Below are positions 29,693 to 40,352 of a DNA stretch of 64,000 nucleotides, one piece after another. The notes below the pieces were generated by a model. It was not told the DNA's origin and did no database searches. It saw only the letters and a program-made list of their open reading frames with translations. How positions within the stretch are numbered: the stretch's first letter is position 1; every line of letters begins with the position of its first letter. Origin of the DNA: an uncultured Hyphomicrobiales bacterium (lineage in GTDB: Bacteria > Pseudomonadota > Alphaproteobacteria > Rhizobiales > Hyphomicrobiaceae). The position numbers were made by a program, and so were the translations under genes. The stretch is taken from the NCBI GenBank assembly GCA_902826715.1, contig CADEFX010000001.1:1972-65971 (forward strand). Direction: 5' to 3'.

Positions 29693-30625
29693 CTAGAACG
29701 CGACCTTGTCGCCGCCCTTCAACTGCAACGCCACACGCGCCTCGTCGGGCGAGGCGATCTCAAGGCCGAGCCCTTCGATGATCTGGCGCACGAGGCGCAC
29801 CTGCTCGGCATTGGACTTGGCAAGCTTGCCGCGTCCGGCCCAGAGCGAATCCTCCATGCCGACGCGAACATTGCCGCCCATGGCCGCCGACATCGCCGCG
29901 ATGGGAAGCTGGTTGCGCCCGGCGCCCAGCACCGACCAATGATATTCATCGCCGAACAGCCGGTCGGCCGTGCGCTTCATGTGCGCTACGTCCTCGGGAT
30001 GCGGGCCGATGCCGCCAAGGATGCCGAACACCGACTGGATGAAGAATGGCGGCTTGACGATGCCGCGGTCGGCGAAATGGCGCAGCGTGTAGAGATGCCC
30101 GATGTCGTAGCACTCGACCTCGAAGCGCGTGCCGTTCTCCGCGCACGTCGTCAGGATGTACTCGATATCGGCGAACGTGTTCTTGAAAAATCCGGCACGG
30201 GTGCCCTCGATGTAGGGCCGCTCCCAGTCGAACTTGAACTCCTTCTGCCGCGCCAGCATTGGGTAGAGGCCGAAGTTCATCGTCCCCATGTTGAGACTGG
30301 CGACTTCCGGCTTGAATATGGCCGCCGGGCGCACGCGCTCTTCCACCGTCATCGTCATGGCGCCGCCGGTGGTGATGTTGATCACGCAGCCCGAGCGCTG
30401 CTTGATGACCTTCAGGAACGGCGCGAACGCGTCGGTGGACTGATCCGGCTTGCCGGTCTTGGGGTCGCGCGCATGCAGATGCACGACCGCCGCCCCGGCT
30501 TCGGCCGCCCCAATGGCCGCGTCGGCGATTTCCTCGGCCGTAATCGGCAGATGCGGCGACATGGATGGCGTGTGGATCGAGCCCGTGACCGCACACGTGA
30601 TGATGACCTTCTTCGACTTAGCCAT
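29693..30625 (-). CDS. 3-keto-5-aminohexanoate cleavage enzyme family (BKACE, DUF849) protein
   Basis: VIITCAVTGSIHTPSMSPHLP, VVHLHARDP and NITTGG motifs; 310 aa. Confidence 0.87.
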   Translation of the reverse strand: MAKSKKVIITCAVTGSIHTPSMSPHLPITAEEIADAAIGAAEAGAAVVHLHARDPKTGKPDQSTDAFAPFLKVIKQRSGCVINITTGGAMTMTVEERVRPAAIFKPEVASLNMGTMNFGLYPMLARQKEFKFDWERPYIEGTRAGFFKNTFADIEYILTTCAENGTRFEVECYDIGHLYTLRHFADRGIVKPPFFIQSVFGILGGIGPHPEDVAHMKRTADRLFGDEYHWSVLGAGRNQLPIAAMSAAMGGNVRVGMEDSLWAGRGKLAKSNAEQVRLVRQIIEGLGLEIASPDEARVALQLKGGDKVAF

Positions 30626-30637
30626 GGTCCGATCCTC

Positions 30638-31576
30638 TCAGCTCTTGAAAGACTTTTGCGCCCGCTTGTGCGCCTGCAACGCCGCCAGGCGCTCATCGCG
30701 CCAGCGGCTCTTCGCGGTGATCTCAGTGCTGCTCAAAGGCTCACCGGCCGTCGCCGCCGCGCGCGCGATATTCTCCCGCGCCCACACATCCGGCGTGACC
30801 GGGCGCGACGACAGCTTCAGCAGCAGCTCGCCGTACCGCCCGCAATAGTCGAGCGTCCCACCCGGAGCATTGAGCTCGATGGTCTCGAACGGCCCCATGA
30901 AGCTCCAGCGCAGGCCCAGGCCATGGGCGATGGTCTTGTCCAGGTCGCTCGCCGAGCAATACCCCTCTTCTACTAGGCGGAACGCCTCCGACAGCAGCAC
31001 CGCCTGCAGGCGATTGAGGATGAACCCGTCGATCTCCTTCTTCACCTCGACCGGCACCTGGCCGACGCTGTCGAAGATCGCTCGTGCTTTCGCTACCGTC
31101 TCGGGCGAGGTCCACGGCGCCCCGCACAATTCGACGATCGGCACCACATGCGGCGGATTGACGGGATGCGCCACGAGGCAACGCGCCCGGCCTTTCAGTT
31201 TTTCTGTGAAGTGCGAAGCGACGATGCCGGACGTGGAGGATGCGAGCACGATATCCTTCGGCGCCGCCGCGTCGAGCTTGGCCCACATGGCGACCTTGTC
31301 GTCGACGCGCTCGGGCCCGCTTTCCTGCACGAAGTCGACGCCGCTCACGCACTCTTCCAGCGAGGCCGCCGAACGAACGCGGGCAGCCGCCTTCTCCGGC
31401 TCCTTCACGAGCCCATGCCGCGCCAGATCATGTAACGACTCGCCCACTAGCTTGGGCGCAGCAGCGGTGGTCACCGGATCGGCGTCCCACGCTTTCACGT
31501 CCCACCCGGCCCGAGCGAACACATTAGCCCACGCCCGGCCGATCAATCCCACGCCCACCAGACCGACCGTCGGCAT
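30638..31576 (-). CDS. 3-hydroxyacyl-CoA dehydrogenase family protein, L-carnitine dehydrogenase-like
   Basis: Rossmann VGLVGVGLIGRAWANVFARAGWDVKAWD, and a C-terminal 3HCDH domain (GFILNRLQ). Internal ATG at 31576 gives about 312 aa. Confidence 0.83.
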   Translation of the reverse strand: MPTVGLVGVGLIGRAWANVFARAGWDVKAWDADPVTTAAAPKLVGESLHDLARHGLVKEPEKAAARVRSAASLEECVSGVDFVQESGPERVDDKVAMWAKLDAAAPKDIVLASSTSGIVASHFTEKLKGRARCLVAHPVNPPHVVPIVELCGAPWTSPETVAKARAIFDSVGQVPVEVKKEIDGFILNRLQAVLLSEAFRLVEEGYCSASDLDKTIAHGLGLRWSFMGPFETIELNAPGGTLDYCGRYGELLLKLSSRPVTPDVWARENIARAAATAGEPLSSTEITAKSRWRDERLAALQAHKRAQKSFKS

Positions 31577-31739
31577 GCACTCCTCCATTTCGCGTCTTTG
31601 CCGGCGAGAGTAGCACGCAGCCACGGCGACGCCAGTTGCGTTCGTGGGCCTTGCGAACCAATGGGTCCCGGCAATGAATGACGACAAGCCCGAGGATGAC
31701 ACTGCAGGTGGCGCAGCTGGGGCTCACACGGATCAGCGG

Positions 31740-32749
<1,010 letters not shown>

Positions 32750-32753
<4 letters not shown>

Positions 32754-33781
32754 GACGCGGCGCTCGCGGGCTCGGGTTGAGAGAGAGGATGATAGCAGCG
32801 CAGCGTGTGCAGATCGCCCACCGCGGTTTCGCTCGGACGGAGCGCCGAGCATTCGCCGGTGGCGCGATCACAGCGCGGATGGAAGCGGCAGCCTGCGGGC
32901 GGATTGACGAGGGCCGGAATCTCGCCGCGGATGCCGCGGATGCCGTGCTCCCGGCTCGGCAGGCTGTCGAGCAGGCTGCGCGTGTAGGGGTGGCTCGGAT
33001 GCGCGAAGAAGCGGCCCGCCGGCGCCGTCTCGACCTCCTGCCCAGCGTAGAGGACACAGATGCGGTCGCAGATCTCGTGAGCAGCACCGAGATCGTGGGT
33101 GGTGAAAAGCACAGAGACGCCGCGCTCCCGCGTGAGCTGACGCAGCAGCTTCAGAATTTGGGCCTGGATCGTGACATCTAGGGCCGTCGTCGGCTCGTCG
33201 GCGATGATGAGCTTGGGGTCCGTCATCAGCGCCATGGCGATCATGAGGCGCTGGCGCTGTCCGCCGGAGACCTCGTGCGGATACTTGGCGAGCATGGCCT
33301 CGGGATCGGGAAGCTGCACGGTCTTCAACAGCTCGATCACCTTCACGCGGTCGGCCTTGCGGCGGGTGCGGGCGTAGCGACTAAGGCCACTCGAAGGAGG
33401 CGCGAGGGGCGACTTCCACTTCATCAGCTCCATGATCTGGCTGCCGATGGTGAAGACGGGATTGAATGACGTGAACGGATCCTGCGGCACGAACGTGATG
33501 GTGCGGCCGCGGACGCGCGTGGCGATGTCGGCGGGATCGGCCTGCAGCAAGTCCTCGCCTTCGAAGCGGATGCCGCCGCTTTCGATGTGCGCGGCATTGG
33601 CCGGCAGAATGCCGAGAATGGCGCGCGCGAGCGTGGTCTTGCCGCTACCCGACTCGCCGACGAGCCCAACGATCTCGCCGCGACTCATGGCGAACGTCAC
33701 ATGATCGAGCACCTGCACGCGTCCGGCATCGCTGGAGAAGCTGACGGTGAGATCGTCGACGGCGAGGAGGCGGTCGCTCAT
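32750..33781 (-). CDS. ABC transporter ATP-binding protein (DppD/OppD-like)
   Basis: Walker A GESGSGKTT, VSGGQRQR, IIADEPTTALD. There is a 4-nt start/stop overlap with the permease gene. Confidence 0.9.
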
Positions 33782-34632
33782 TGCCGGCTCCTGCGCGTGC
33801 GCGGATCGAGGATGTCGCGCAGGCCGTCGCCGAGCAGATTGAAGCCCATGACGACGAGGAAGATCGCGACACCGGGGGCCGTCGCGTACCACCAGGCGTC
33901 AGGGAGAAATTCGCGGCTCTCGGCGATGGTGCGGCCCCACTCGGGCGTCGGCGGCGGTGGTCCAAGGCCGAGGAAGCCCAGGGCGGCGGCGGTCAGGATG
34001 GTGCCGCCCATGCCGATGGTGGTGCGCACGATGATGGAGGAGGAGATGTTGGGCAGCACATGCAGAAACAGGACGCGCATGGGCGAGGCGCCGAGCGCGA
34101 TGGAAGCTTCGACATAGGTATTGTTCAGGGCAGAGCGGGTTTCCGCATAGACAAGGCGCGCCCAGAACGGCCAGTAGGTGATCGAAAGCGCAAGAATGAC
34201 GTTCTCGATCGATGGACCGAGCGTCTGGGCGATGGCGATGGCGAGCACGATCTGCGGCACGGCGAGGAAGATGTCGGAGACGCGCATCAGCAGATCGCTG
34301 AACCACGTGCGATAGTAGCCGGCCAGCAGGCCGATCGGTACGCCTATCAGCACGGAAGTACCGACCGCGATCAGGGCGATGACGATGGTGATGCGCGCAC
34401 CGAACAGCAGGCGGCTGTAGATGTCGCTGCCCATGCGATCGGTGCCGAGGAAATGTGTCGCGCTTGGGCCTTGGAGACGCTCGGCCGGGTGGAATTCCGC
34501 TACATCGGCAGGATGCGTGGCGAGGATCGGGGCGAGCAGCGCCACCAGGATGAGGCCGACGATCAGCAGGGCGCCGAAGAGCGCGGTCTTGTCCCTGGCC
34601 AGCCGCTGCAAAAGGAAGAGGGCGGTCTGCAT
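33778..34632 (-). CDS. ABC transporter permease (DppC/OppC-like)
   Basis: Multi-transmembrane; EAA-type loop YVEASIALGASPMRVLFLHVLPN. Internal ATG at 34632. Confidence 0.9.
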   Translation of the reverse strand: MQTALFLLQRLARDKTALFGALLIVGLILVALLAPILATHPADVAEFHPAERLQGPSATHFLGTDRMGSDIYSRLLFGARITIVIALIAVGTSVLIGVPIGLLAGYYRTWFSDLLMRVSDIFLAVPQIVLAIAIAQTLGPSIENVILALSITYWPFWARLVYAETRSALNNTYVEASIALGASPMRVLFLHVLPNISSSIIVRTTIGMGGTILTAAALGFLGLGPPPPTPEWGRTIAESREFLPDAWWYATAPGVAIFLVVMGFNLLGDGLRDILDPRTRRSRQ

Positions 34633-34636
34633 GGGT

Positions 34637-35641
34637 TCAGCCAGCCCCGCGCGGATCGATGGTGCCGTGCAGGATATCGACGAGCAGATTGACCAGAATG
34701 AAGATGGTCCCCGTGATGAGCGTGAAGCCCATGATGCCGTTGTAGTCGGAGCGCAGGATGGAGTTGACGGCATAAAGGCCGAGGCCCGGCCAATCGAACA
34801 CGCTTTCGACGACGACGGCACCGGCGAGCAGGATGCCAAAGATCAAGCCGATCTGCGTTACGGTGCCTATGAGGGCGTTGCGCAGCACGTATTTCCAGAC
34901 GATGACGCGCTGCGGCAAGCCCATGGCCTGCTCGTAGAGCACGTAGTTCGAATTGATGGCGTCGAGAACGCCGGCGCGGGTGAAGCGCACTATGGTGGCC
35001 ATGGCCGGAAAGGCGAGCGTCATCACCGGCAGGACAAGATGGGAGACGACGTCCGAGAAGATGTCCCAGTCGCCCTGGATGATGGCGTCGATGACGAAGA
35101 AGCCGGTCACCGGATCGGGACCCCAGCTGTCGGCGCGCCCCTGCAGCGGCGTCCAGCCGAGCTTCATGGCGAACAGCAACTGGAACAGGATCGCGAGCCA
35201 GAAGCTGGCAATGGCGAGGCCGGACACCGTGAAAAAGCGCAGCGCATGATCGATGAATGAATTGCGCCGTGCGGCGGCGATGACGCCGAGCGGAATGCCA
35301 AGCAAGGCCGCGATGACGATGGTGATCAAGGTGAGTTCGAGGGTGGCCGGCACGCGCGTCAGCAGATCCTCGGCGATCGGCCGCTGCGTATAGAGGCTGG
35401 TGCCGAAGTCACCGGAAACGACGGATTTGAGATAGCGCCAGAACTGTACGGGCAGGGGCTGATCGAGTCCGAATTTCTCCTTGATGGCATCGATTTGAGC
35501 CTGCGTCGCGCCTTCTCCCGCCAGCACCACCGCCGGATTGGCTGGAATGATATGGCTGACGGTGAACACGATCAGCAGCAGGCCGACGAGCGTGGGCACG
35601 AACCACGTCAATCGTTTCAGGACAAGAGCGATGATGCGCAT
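34637..35641 (-). CDS. ABC transporter permease (DppB/OppB-like)
   Basis: MRIIALVLKRLTWFVPTLVGLLLIVF start typical of DppB/OppB; EAA-type loop YEQAMGLPQRVIVWKYVLRNA. Confidence 0.9.
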   Translation of the reverse strand: MRIIALVLKRLTWFVPTLVGLLLIVFTVSHIIPANPAVVLAGEGATQAQIDAIKEKFGLDQPLPVQFWRYLKSVVSGDFGTSLYTQRPIAEDLLTRVPATLELTLITIVIAALLGIPLGVIAAARRNSFIDHALRFFTVSGLAIASFWLAILFQLLFAMKLGWTPLQGRADSWGPDPVTGFFVIDAIIQGDWDIFSDVVSHLVLPVMTLAFPAMATIVRFTRAGVLDAINSNYVLYEQAMGLPQRVIVWKYVLRNALIGTVTQIGLIFGILLAGAVVVESVFDWPGLGLYAVNSILRSDYNGIMGFTLITGTIFILVNLLVDILHGTIDPRGAG

Positions 35642-35723
35642 GTCGCGCGTGAGCCTTTGGCCGTCGATGAAAAATCAAAGGCGGCGGCTCGATCGAGCCG
35701 CCGCCTTGCACAAACTCAAATCG

Positions 35724-37298
35724 TCAGTTCTCCATGGACGCCCAGCGCATCTCCTGGCCGTCGCCGATCGGGCAGAAGCGGACTCCAGTGACTTTCTTGT
35801 TGAAGGGTCCGAACCACTTGGTGTTGTAAACGAAGATACCGCCCGCATCCTCCATGACCATGGTCGACGCTTTTTCGTAGTTCTTGCGGCGGACTTCCTG
35901 GTCGGTGGTCTCCAGGGCTTCCATCAGGAGCTTGTCGACCTCGGGATTGCAGTACCAGCTGTTGTTGCGCTGGCCGATCTGATTGCAGGCATACATCTCG
36001 CCGACCCAGTTGTTCGGATCGGCGTAGTAGGTCGACTTCCACAGGAAGAGGATGTCGTACATCTGCTCCTTGTCGCGCATCCGAGTCGAGACGACCGACC
36101 AGGGATCGGATACGATCTTGGTCTTGATGCCGATCTTGTTGAGGCCGGCCTGGAAAAGCGCTGCCGATTGCTCAGTCTGCTGGTAGCCCTGCATCCAGGC
36201 TATGTTGATCTCGCGCGGCGGCTTGTCCATTTTGGCCAAGTACTCCTTGGCCTTGTCCAGGTCGTAGGTGTAGCCCTTGACGCCCTTGGGGGCGCCCCAG
36301 ATGTTATTGGGGAGCGGCACCGGATTACGCGCAACCGAGTCCGACAGGATGTTCTTGTTGAAGCCGTCGTAATCGAAGGCGTAGGAGAGCGCCTTGCGGA
36401 AGTTGATGTCGTTCATCGGCTCGCGGCCGTTGTGGATAATGGCATAGAAGATGCGGGTCGACTCGGCTTCGCCAATGTAGATATCCTTGGAGTCCCGCAG
36501 ACGCTTGATCTGATCCTGCGGCAGGTATCCATCGGTGCCGTGGAAGTCGCCCTTGAGCAGTCCGAGCACGCGGCTGTTGAGCTCGATAACGGTGCGGAAC
36601 TCGATCTCGTCTATGGGCTTCGGCCCCCAGCTCTTGTTCCAGTGATCCTTGAAGCGCTCGGCGGTGAAGCCGATGGCGGGGTCGTAACGGCGCAGCGCGT
36701 AGGAGCCCGAGCCGGCCTCGTTCTTGGACAGCCAGACCTTGCCCCAGTCGCCGTCCTTCTCGTTCTTCTTCACGAGCGCCGTGTTTAGAACGTGAACCTC
36801 CGGAACGATGGCCAGGAAGATGGCGGACGGTTGGGCGAGATGGAATTCGACGGTGTAGTCGTCGGGGGCCTTCGTCGTGCCGGGCTTGATGAGCGGCGCA
36901 AAGAGCGGCGCCGACTGGCCGCCAGCGGCGAGGATGCGCTCCATCGAATAGACGACGTCGGACGCCTTGATCTCCGTGCCGTCGTGGAATTTGGCGCCCT
37001 TGCGCAGCTTGAAGGTGTAGATCTTGCCATCCGGCGAGATGGTGTAGCTCTCGGCCAGCCACGGTTCGATCTTGGCGGGATTGTCGAGCCAGCGCAGCAG
37101 GCCGTCGTACATGTTGATGCGGGACGCGACGCGGCCGACATCGAGGATCATGTGCGGATCGAGGTTGTCGTAGGGGCTGGCGTTGGCGAAGACAAACTTC
37201 GTTTTCGCGCCGGCCGGTGCCAGTGGCATGGCAATGGCCGCTAGCAAGGCAAGTGCGCCGAGCCCAAACGCCTTCAGCATGCTTCGACGTCGTATCAT
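35724..37298 (-). CDS. ABC transporter substrate-binding protein, family 5 (peptide/opine/nickel type)
   Basis: Signal peptide MIRRRSMLKAFGLGALALLAAIAMPLAPAGA; about 525 aa; SBP_bac_5-like pattern (LAESYTISPDGKIYTFKLRKGAKFHDG). GGGAGAGGA Shine-Dalgarno. Confidence 0.9.
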   Translation of the reverse strand: MIRRRSMLKAFGLGALALLAAIAMPLAPAGAKTKFVFANASPYDNLDPHMILDVGRVASRINMYDGLLRWLDNPAKIEPWLAESYTISPDGKIYTFKLRKGAKFHDGTEIKASDVVYSMERILAAGGQSAPLFAPLIKPGTTKAPDDYTVEFHLAQPSAIFLAIVPEVHVLNTALVKKNEKDGDWGKVWLSKNEAGSGSYALRRYDPAIGFTAERFKDHWNKSWGPKPIDEIEFRTVIELNSRVLGLLKGDFHGTDGYLPQDQIKRLRDSKDIYIGEAESTRIFYAIIHNGREPMNDINFRKALSYAFDYDGFNKNILSDSVARNPVPLPNNIWGAPKGVKGYTYDLDKAKEYLAKMDKPPREINIAWMQGYQQTEQSAALFQAGLNKIGIKTKIVSDPWSVVSTRMRDKEQMYDILFLWKSTYYADPNNWVGEMYACNQIGQRNNSWYCNPEVDKLLMEALETTDQEVRRKNYEKASTMVMEDAGGIFVYNTKWFGPFNKKVTGVRFCPIGDGQEMRWASMEN

Positions 37299-37378
37299 GT
37301 CATCCTCTCCCTTTACTCCCGACGCTACATTCCGCGGCCGCCGGATCCCAGTACAAGTTGCGATTTCAGGCAATGTGC

Positions 37379-38137
37379 TCAGACATTGAACTGAAATCCG
37401 TCGATGATGAAGTCCTGCCCGGTGATAAAGCAGGGATCCACGGTTGCCAGGAAGGCGACGAGCTCGCCGATATCCTTGGGTGACCCCACGCGATGCAGGG
37501 CAACACCCTTGATCAGCTCCGCTTCACGCGCGTAGAGCGTGGAATTCTTGCCCACCTCCGTCTTGATGAGGCCGGGGCAGATGCAGTTGATGCAGATGTC
37601 GGGTCCGAGCTCTTTGGCCAGCGCACGCGTCATGCCGATGATGCCGGCCTTGGCAGAGGCGTAGGCGAACCGGGAGACGGCCGCCGTGACGCCGCCGGAG
37701 TGGGCGTTGAGCGAGGACATGGAGACAATACGCCCGAACTTTGCGGCCAGCATGTGCGGTGCGGCAGCCTGTATGTAGTTGAAGCAGCTCTTCAGGTTGA
37801 CGGCGATGGTGGAGTCGAACTGCTGCTCCGTGATCTCGAGAATACCCGTGGCCATGGAGCGGCCGGCGTTGTTGACGAGCACGTCGAGGCGGCCGAACTC
37901 GTTGACGACGCCAGCAACGACCTCCTTGGCGCGGGCATGATCGGCGACATCGGCCTCGAACGTCAGGCACGGCACGCCCATCGCCTCGATTTCGCGCTTG
38001 GTACTGCTCATCTCGGCTGCGAGGACGTCCACGAGCGCCACGGCGTGGCCGCGCTGGGCGAGTGCATGGGCACATCCACGCCCAATACCGCGCGCTCCGC
38101 CGGTGACAATGGCCACGCGCCGGTCGGCGACCGACAT
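37379..38137 (-). CDS. SDR family oxidoreductase (first gene of the minus-strand operon)
   Basis: VAIVTGGARGIGRG, NNAG, YASAKAG catalytic motif. Internal ATG at 38137. Confidence 0.87.
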   Translation of the reverse strand: MSVADRRVAIVTGGARGIGRGCAHALAQRGHAVALVDVLAAEMSSTKREIEAMGVPCLTFEADVADHARAKEVVAGVVNEFGRLDVLVNNAGRSMATGILEITEQQFDSTIAVNLKSCFNYIQAAAPHMLAAKFGRIVSMSSLNAHSGGVTAAVSRFAYASAKAGIIGMTRALAKELGPDICINCICPGLIKTEVGKNSTLYAREAELIKGVALHRVGSPKDIGELVAFLATVDPCFITGQDFIIDGFQFNV

Positions 38138-38300
38138 GTGCAACCCTCCTATGTCTTGGTCTGTCATTTTGTCGACAATATTGACGAAGGACCCCGACAA
38201 GGTCAATGAATTGACATCGACGACGGTTTGGCGTTGCAGGGAAAAAAATGGTCTTGAGAGATGGAAGTGGCAGCTGCTGCGGGCGACGGAGCCTGCAGTC
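38138..38300. promoter_or_regulatory. divergent control region with two operator-like palindromes
   Basis: Perfect 10-bp palindrome TTGTCGACAA (38169-38178) and 14-bp GTCAAT-GA-ATTGAC (38202-38215), plus an extra ATTGAC at 38180-38185. The region lies between the two divergent catabolic operons. Confidence 0.4.
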
Positions 38301-40352
38301 GTGACGTACCGCGTCGGGGTGGATATCGGGGGCACGTTCACGGATTTCTGCGTGCTGGGCGAGACGAGCGGGGACATCAAGACGCTTAAGGTCCTATCGC
38401 AGCCCGACAAGCCCGGCGCCGAGGTGATCGAAGGGCTGAAGGAGTTGGAGCGCCGCTACGGCATTCCACCCGCGGATATTTCCTACTTCACGCATGGCAC
38501 GACGGTGGGCGTGAACACCGTCATCCAGCGGCGCGGTGTGCCGCTAGCCCTTTTCACGACGGAAGGGTTCGAGGACGTGCTGGAGGTGGCGCGCCTCAAG
38601 ATGCCGGATCCTTATGATCTTTTCTCGCGCCGACCTGAATCGCTGAGCCCGCGGGAACGCGTGTTCGGCATTCGCGAGCGCGTTCTGGCTGACGGCAAAA
38701 TCGATACGCCGGCCGATGCCGAAAGCGTCATCCGAGCCATCGATCGCGCTCAGGCGGACGGTGCGCAGGCGATCGTGGTCGCGTTCCTGCACTCCTATGT
38801 GAACGCCGCTAATGAGAGGCGGGTCCGCGACTTGATCCGGGAGCGCTCGCCGGAGATGTCGATCACCTTGTCGTCGGAAGTCTGGCCGGTCATCCGCGAG
38901 TACGAGCGGACGGTGACGGCGACGGTTGCGGGATACGTGCAGGCGCGGGTTGCAAACTATCTTTCCACCTGGCAGGCCGCACTGAAAGAAGCCGGCGTCG
39001 CGTGCGAGCCGATGATTACGAAGTCGAACGGTGGCGTCATGCGCGCCGAACTCGGCAAGACGGCGCCGATCCAGATGCTGCTGTCGGGGACCGCGTCAGG
39101 CGTGATCGGGGCGAGCCGGATCGCGGCGCAGACGGGCGTGTCGAGCGTGCTGAGCTTCGACGTGGGCGGGACGAGCGCCGACGTGGCAATAATCCATGAC
39201 GGCAAGCCGGCATTCGGCACGGGCGAGCGGGTCGGAGATTTTCAGATCCACATTCCGACTGTTTCGGTGTCGTCGATCGGCGCGGGCGGCGGATCTATTG
39301 CGCGCGTGGACGAATTCAATGTGCTGAAGGTCGGGCCAGAGAGTGCCGGCTCCAATCCGGGACCTGCCTGTTACGGCCGCGGCGGGGCAAACGCGACCAT
39401 CACTGATGCGTATGCGGTGTGCGGATTTCTGGGATCGGGAGATCTCGGCTACGGTGCGGTGACGCTCGACCTCAATCGGGCGCACGAGGTCGTGGGCGAG
39501 GTTGCGGGCAAGCTCGGCATGGGTGTCGAGGCGGCAGCGGAGGCCATCATCAAGGTGTCCGTGTCGGGCATGTTCCTGGAGATATCGAAGCTGTTCTCGC
39601 GGCACGGCGCCGATCCGCGGCACTTCGCGTTGCTGCCGTTCGGCGGCGCGGGACCGATGACGGCTTGCCTGCTGGCGCGCGACCTGGGTCTCGAACGCAT
39701 TATCGTGCCGCCGACACCCGGCGTGCTGGCGGCGTTCGGCGGACTGGTGGCCGACATCCGCAACGATTTCATCCGCACGGCCTTTGTCGACCTGGACAAG
39801 GCGGGGCTGACGAGCCTCAAGGGGCACGCGGCCGACCTGGCGCAGCAGGCGCGAACGTGGCTCACGGAGGAGCAGAAATTCAAGGGCCATGCCCGTCTGC
39901 AGTATTCGGCCGACATGCGCTATCGGGGCCAGTCCTACGAGATCGAGGTGCCGCTGCAGGAAGCGTGGATCGAGACCGGCAATCTGCAGGCGGTCGGCAA
40001 CGCCTTTCATGCCGAGCACGAACGCGTCTACGAGCACGCGGACGCGAAGGCGCCGGTGCAGATCGTCAATCTGCGACTGGTGGTTTCCGGCGCCTCGCCA
40101 CAGCCCAAAGTCAAGCGAGCGGAGCTGATGAGGCGGGCTGCAACACCGGTGGCCGAAACGCGCGTGTTTTACGATGGGGCACATGTGTCGGCCGGTATCT
40201 ATGATCGCGACAAGCTCGTGCCGGGCGAGCGGTTTGCCGGGCCGGCGATTGTCCGGCAGAGCGATTGCACGACGTGCCTGGTCGGCGGCTTCCGCGCGAC
40301 GGTCGACGAATTCTCCAATCTCATCATCACACGCGACGCGAGCGCTTCATGA
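38301..40352 (+). CDS. hyuA: hydantoinase/oxoprolinase family protein, A subunit (copy 1)
   Basis: YRVGVDIGGTFTDF, a second ATPase motif FDVGGTSADV, and SIGAGGGSIA. A GTG start at 38301 gives about 683 aa. The ORF-track start at 37998 overlaps the divergent SDR gene. Confidence 0.87.
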   Translation: MTYRVGVDIGGTFTDFCVLGETSGDIKTLKVLSQPDKPGAEVIEGLKELERRYGIPPADISYFTHGTTVGVNTVIQRRGVPLALFTTEGFEDVLEVARLKMPDPYDLFSRRPESLSPRERVFGIRERVLADGKIDTPADAESVIRAIDRAQADGAQAIVVAFLHSYVNAANERRVRDLIRERSPEMSITLSSEVWPVIREYERTVTATVAGYVQARVANYLSTWQAALKEAGVACEPMITKSNGGVMRAELGKTAPIQMLLSGTASGVIGASRIAAQTGVSSVLSFDVGGTSADVAIIHDGKPAFGTGERVGDFQIHIPTVSVSSIGAGGGSIARVDEFNVLKVGPESAGSNPGPACYGRGGANATITDAYAVCGFLGSGDLGYGAVTLDLNRAHEVVGEVAGKLGMGVEAAAEAIIKVSVSGMFLEISKLFSRHGADPRHFALLPFGGAGPMTACLLARDLGLERIIVPPTPGVLAAFGGLVADIRNDFIRTAFVDLDKAGLTSLKGHAADLAQQARTWLTEEQKFKGHARLQYSADMRYRGQSYEIEVPLQEAWIETGNLQAVGNAFHAEHERVYEHADAKAPVQIVNLRLVVSGASPQPKVKRAELMRRAATPVAETRVFYDGAHVSAGIYDRDKLVPGERFAGPAIVRQSDCTTCLVGGFRATVDEFSNLIITRDASAS

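Noticed and set aside
37998-38300. 5' extension of the hyuA ORF from TTG at 37998
   Set aside because: It overlaps the divergent SDR gene and the whole intergenic control region. The conserved hydantoinase N-terminus (YRVGVDIGGTFTD) begins right after the GTG at 38301.
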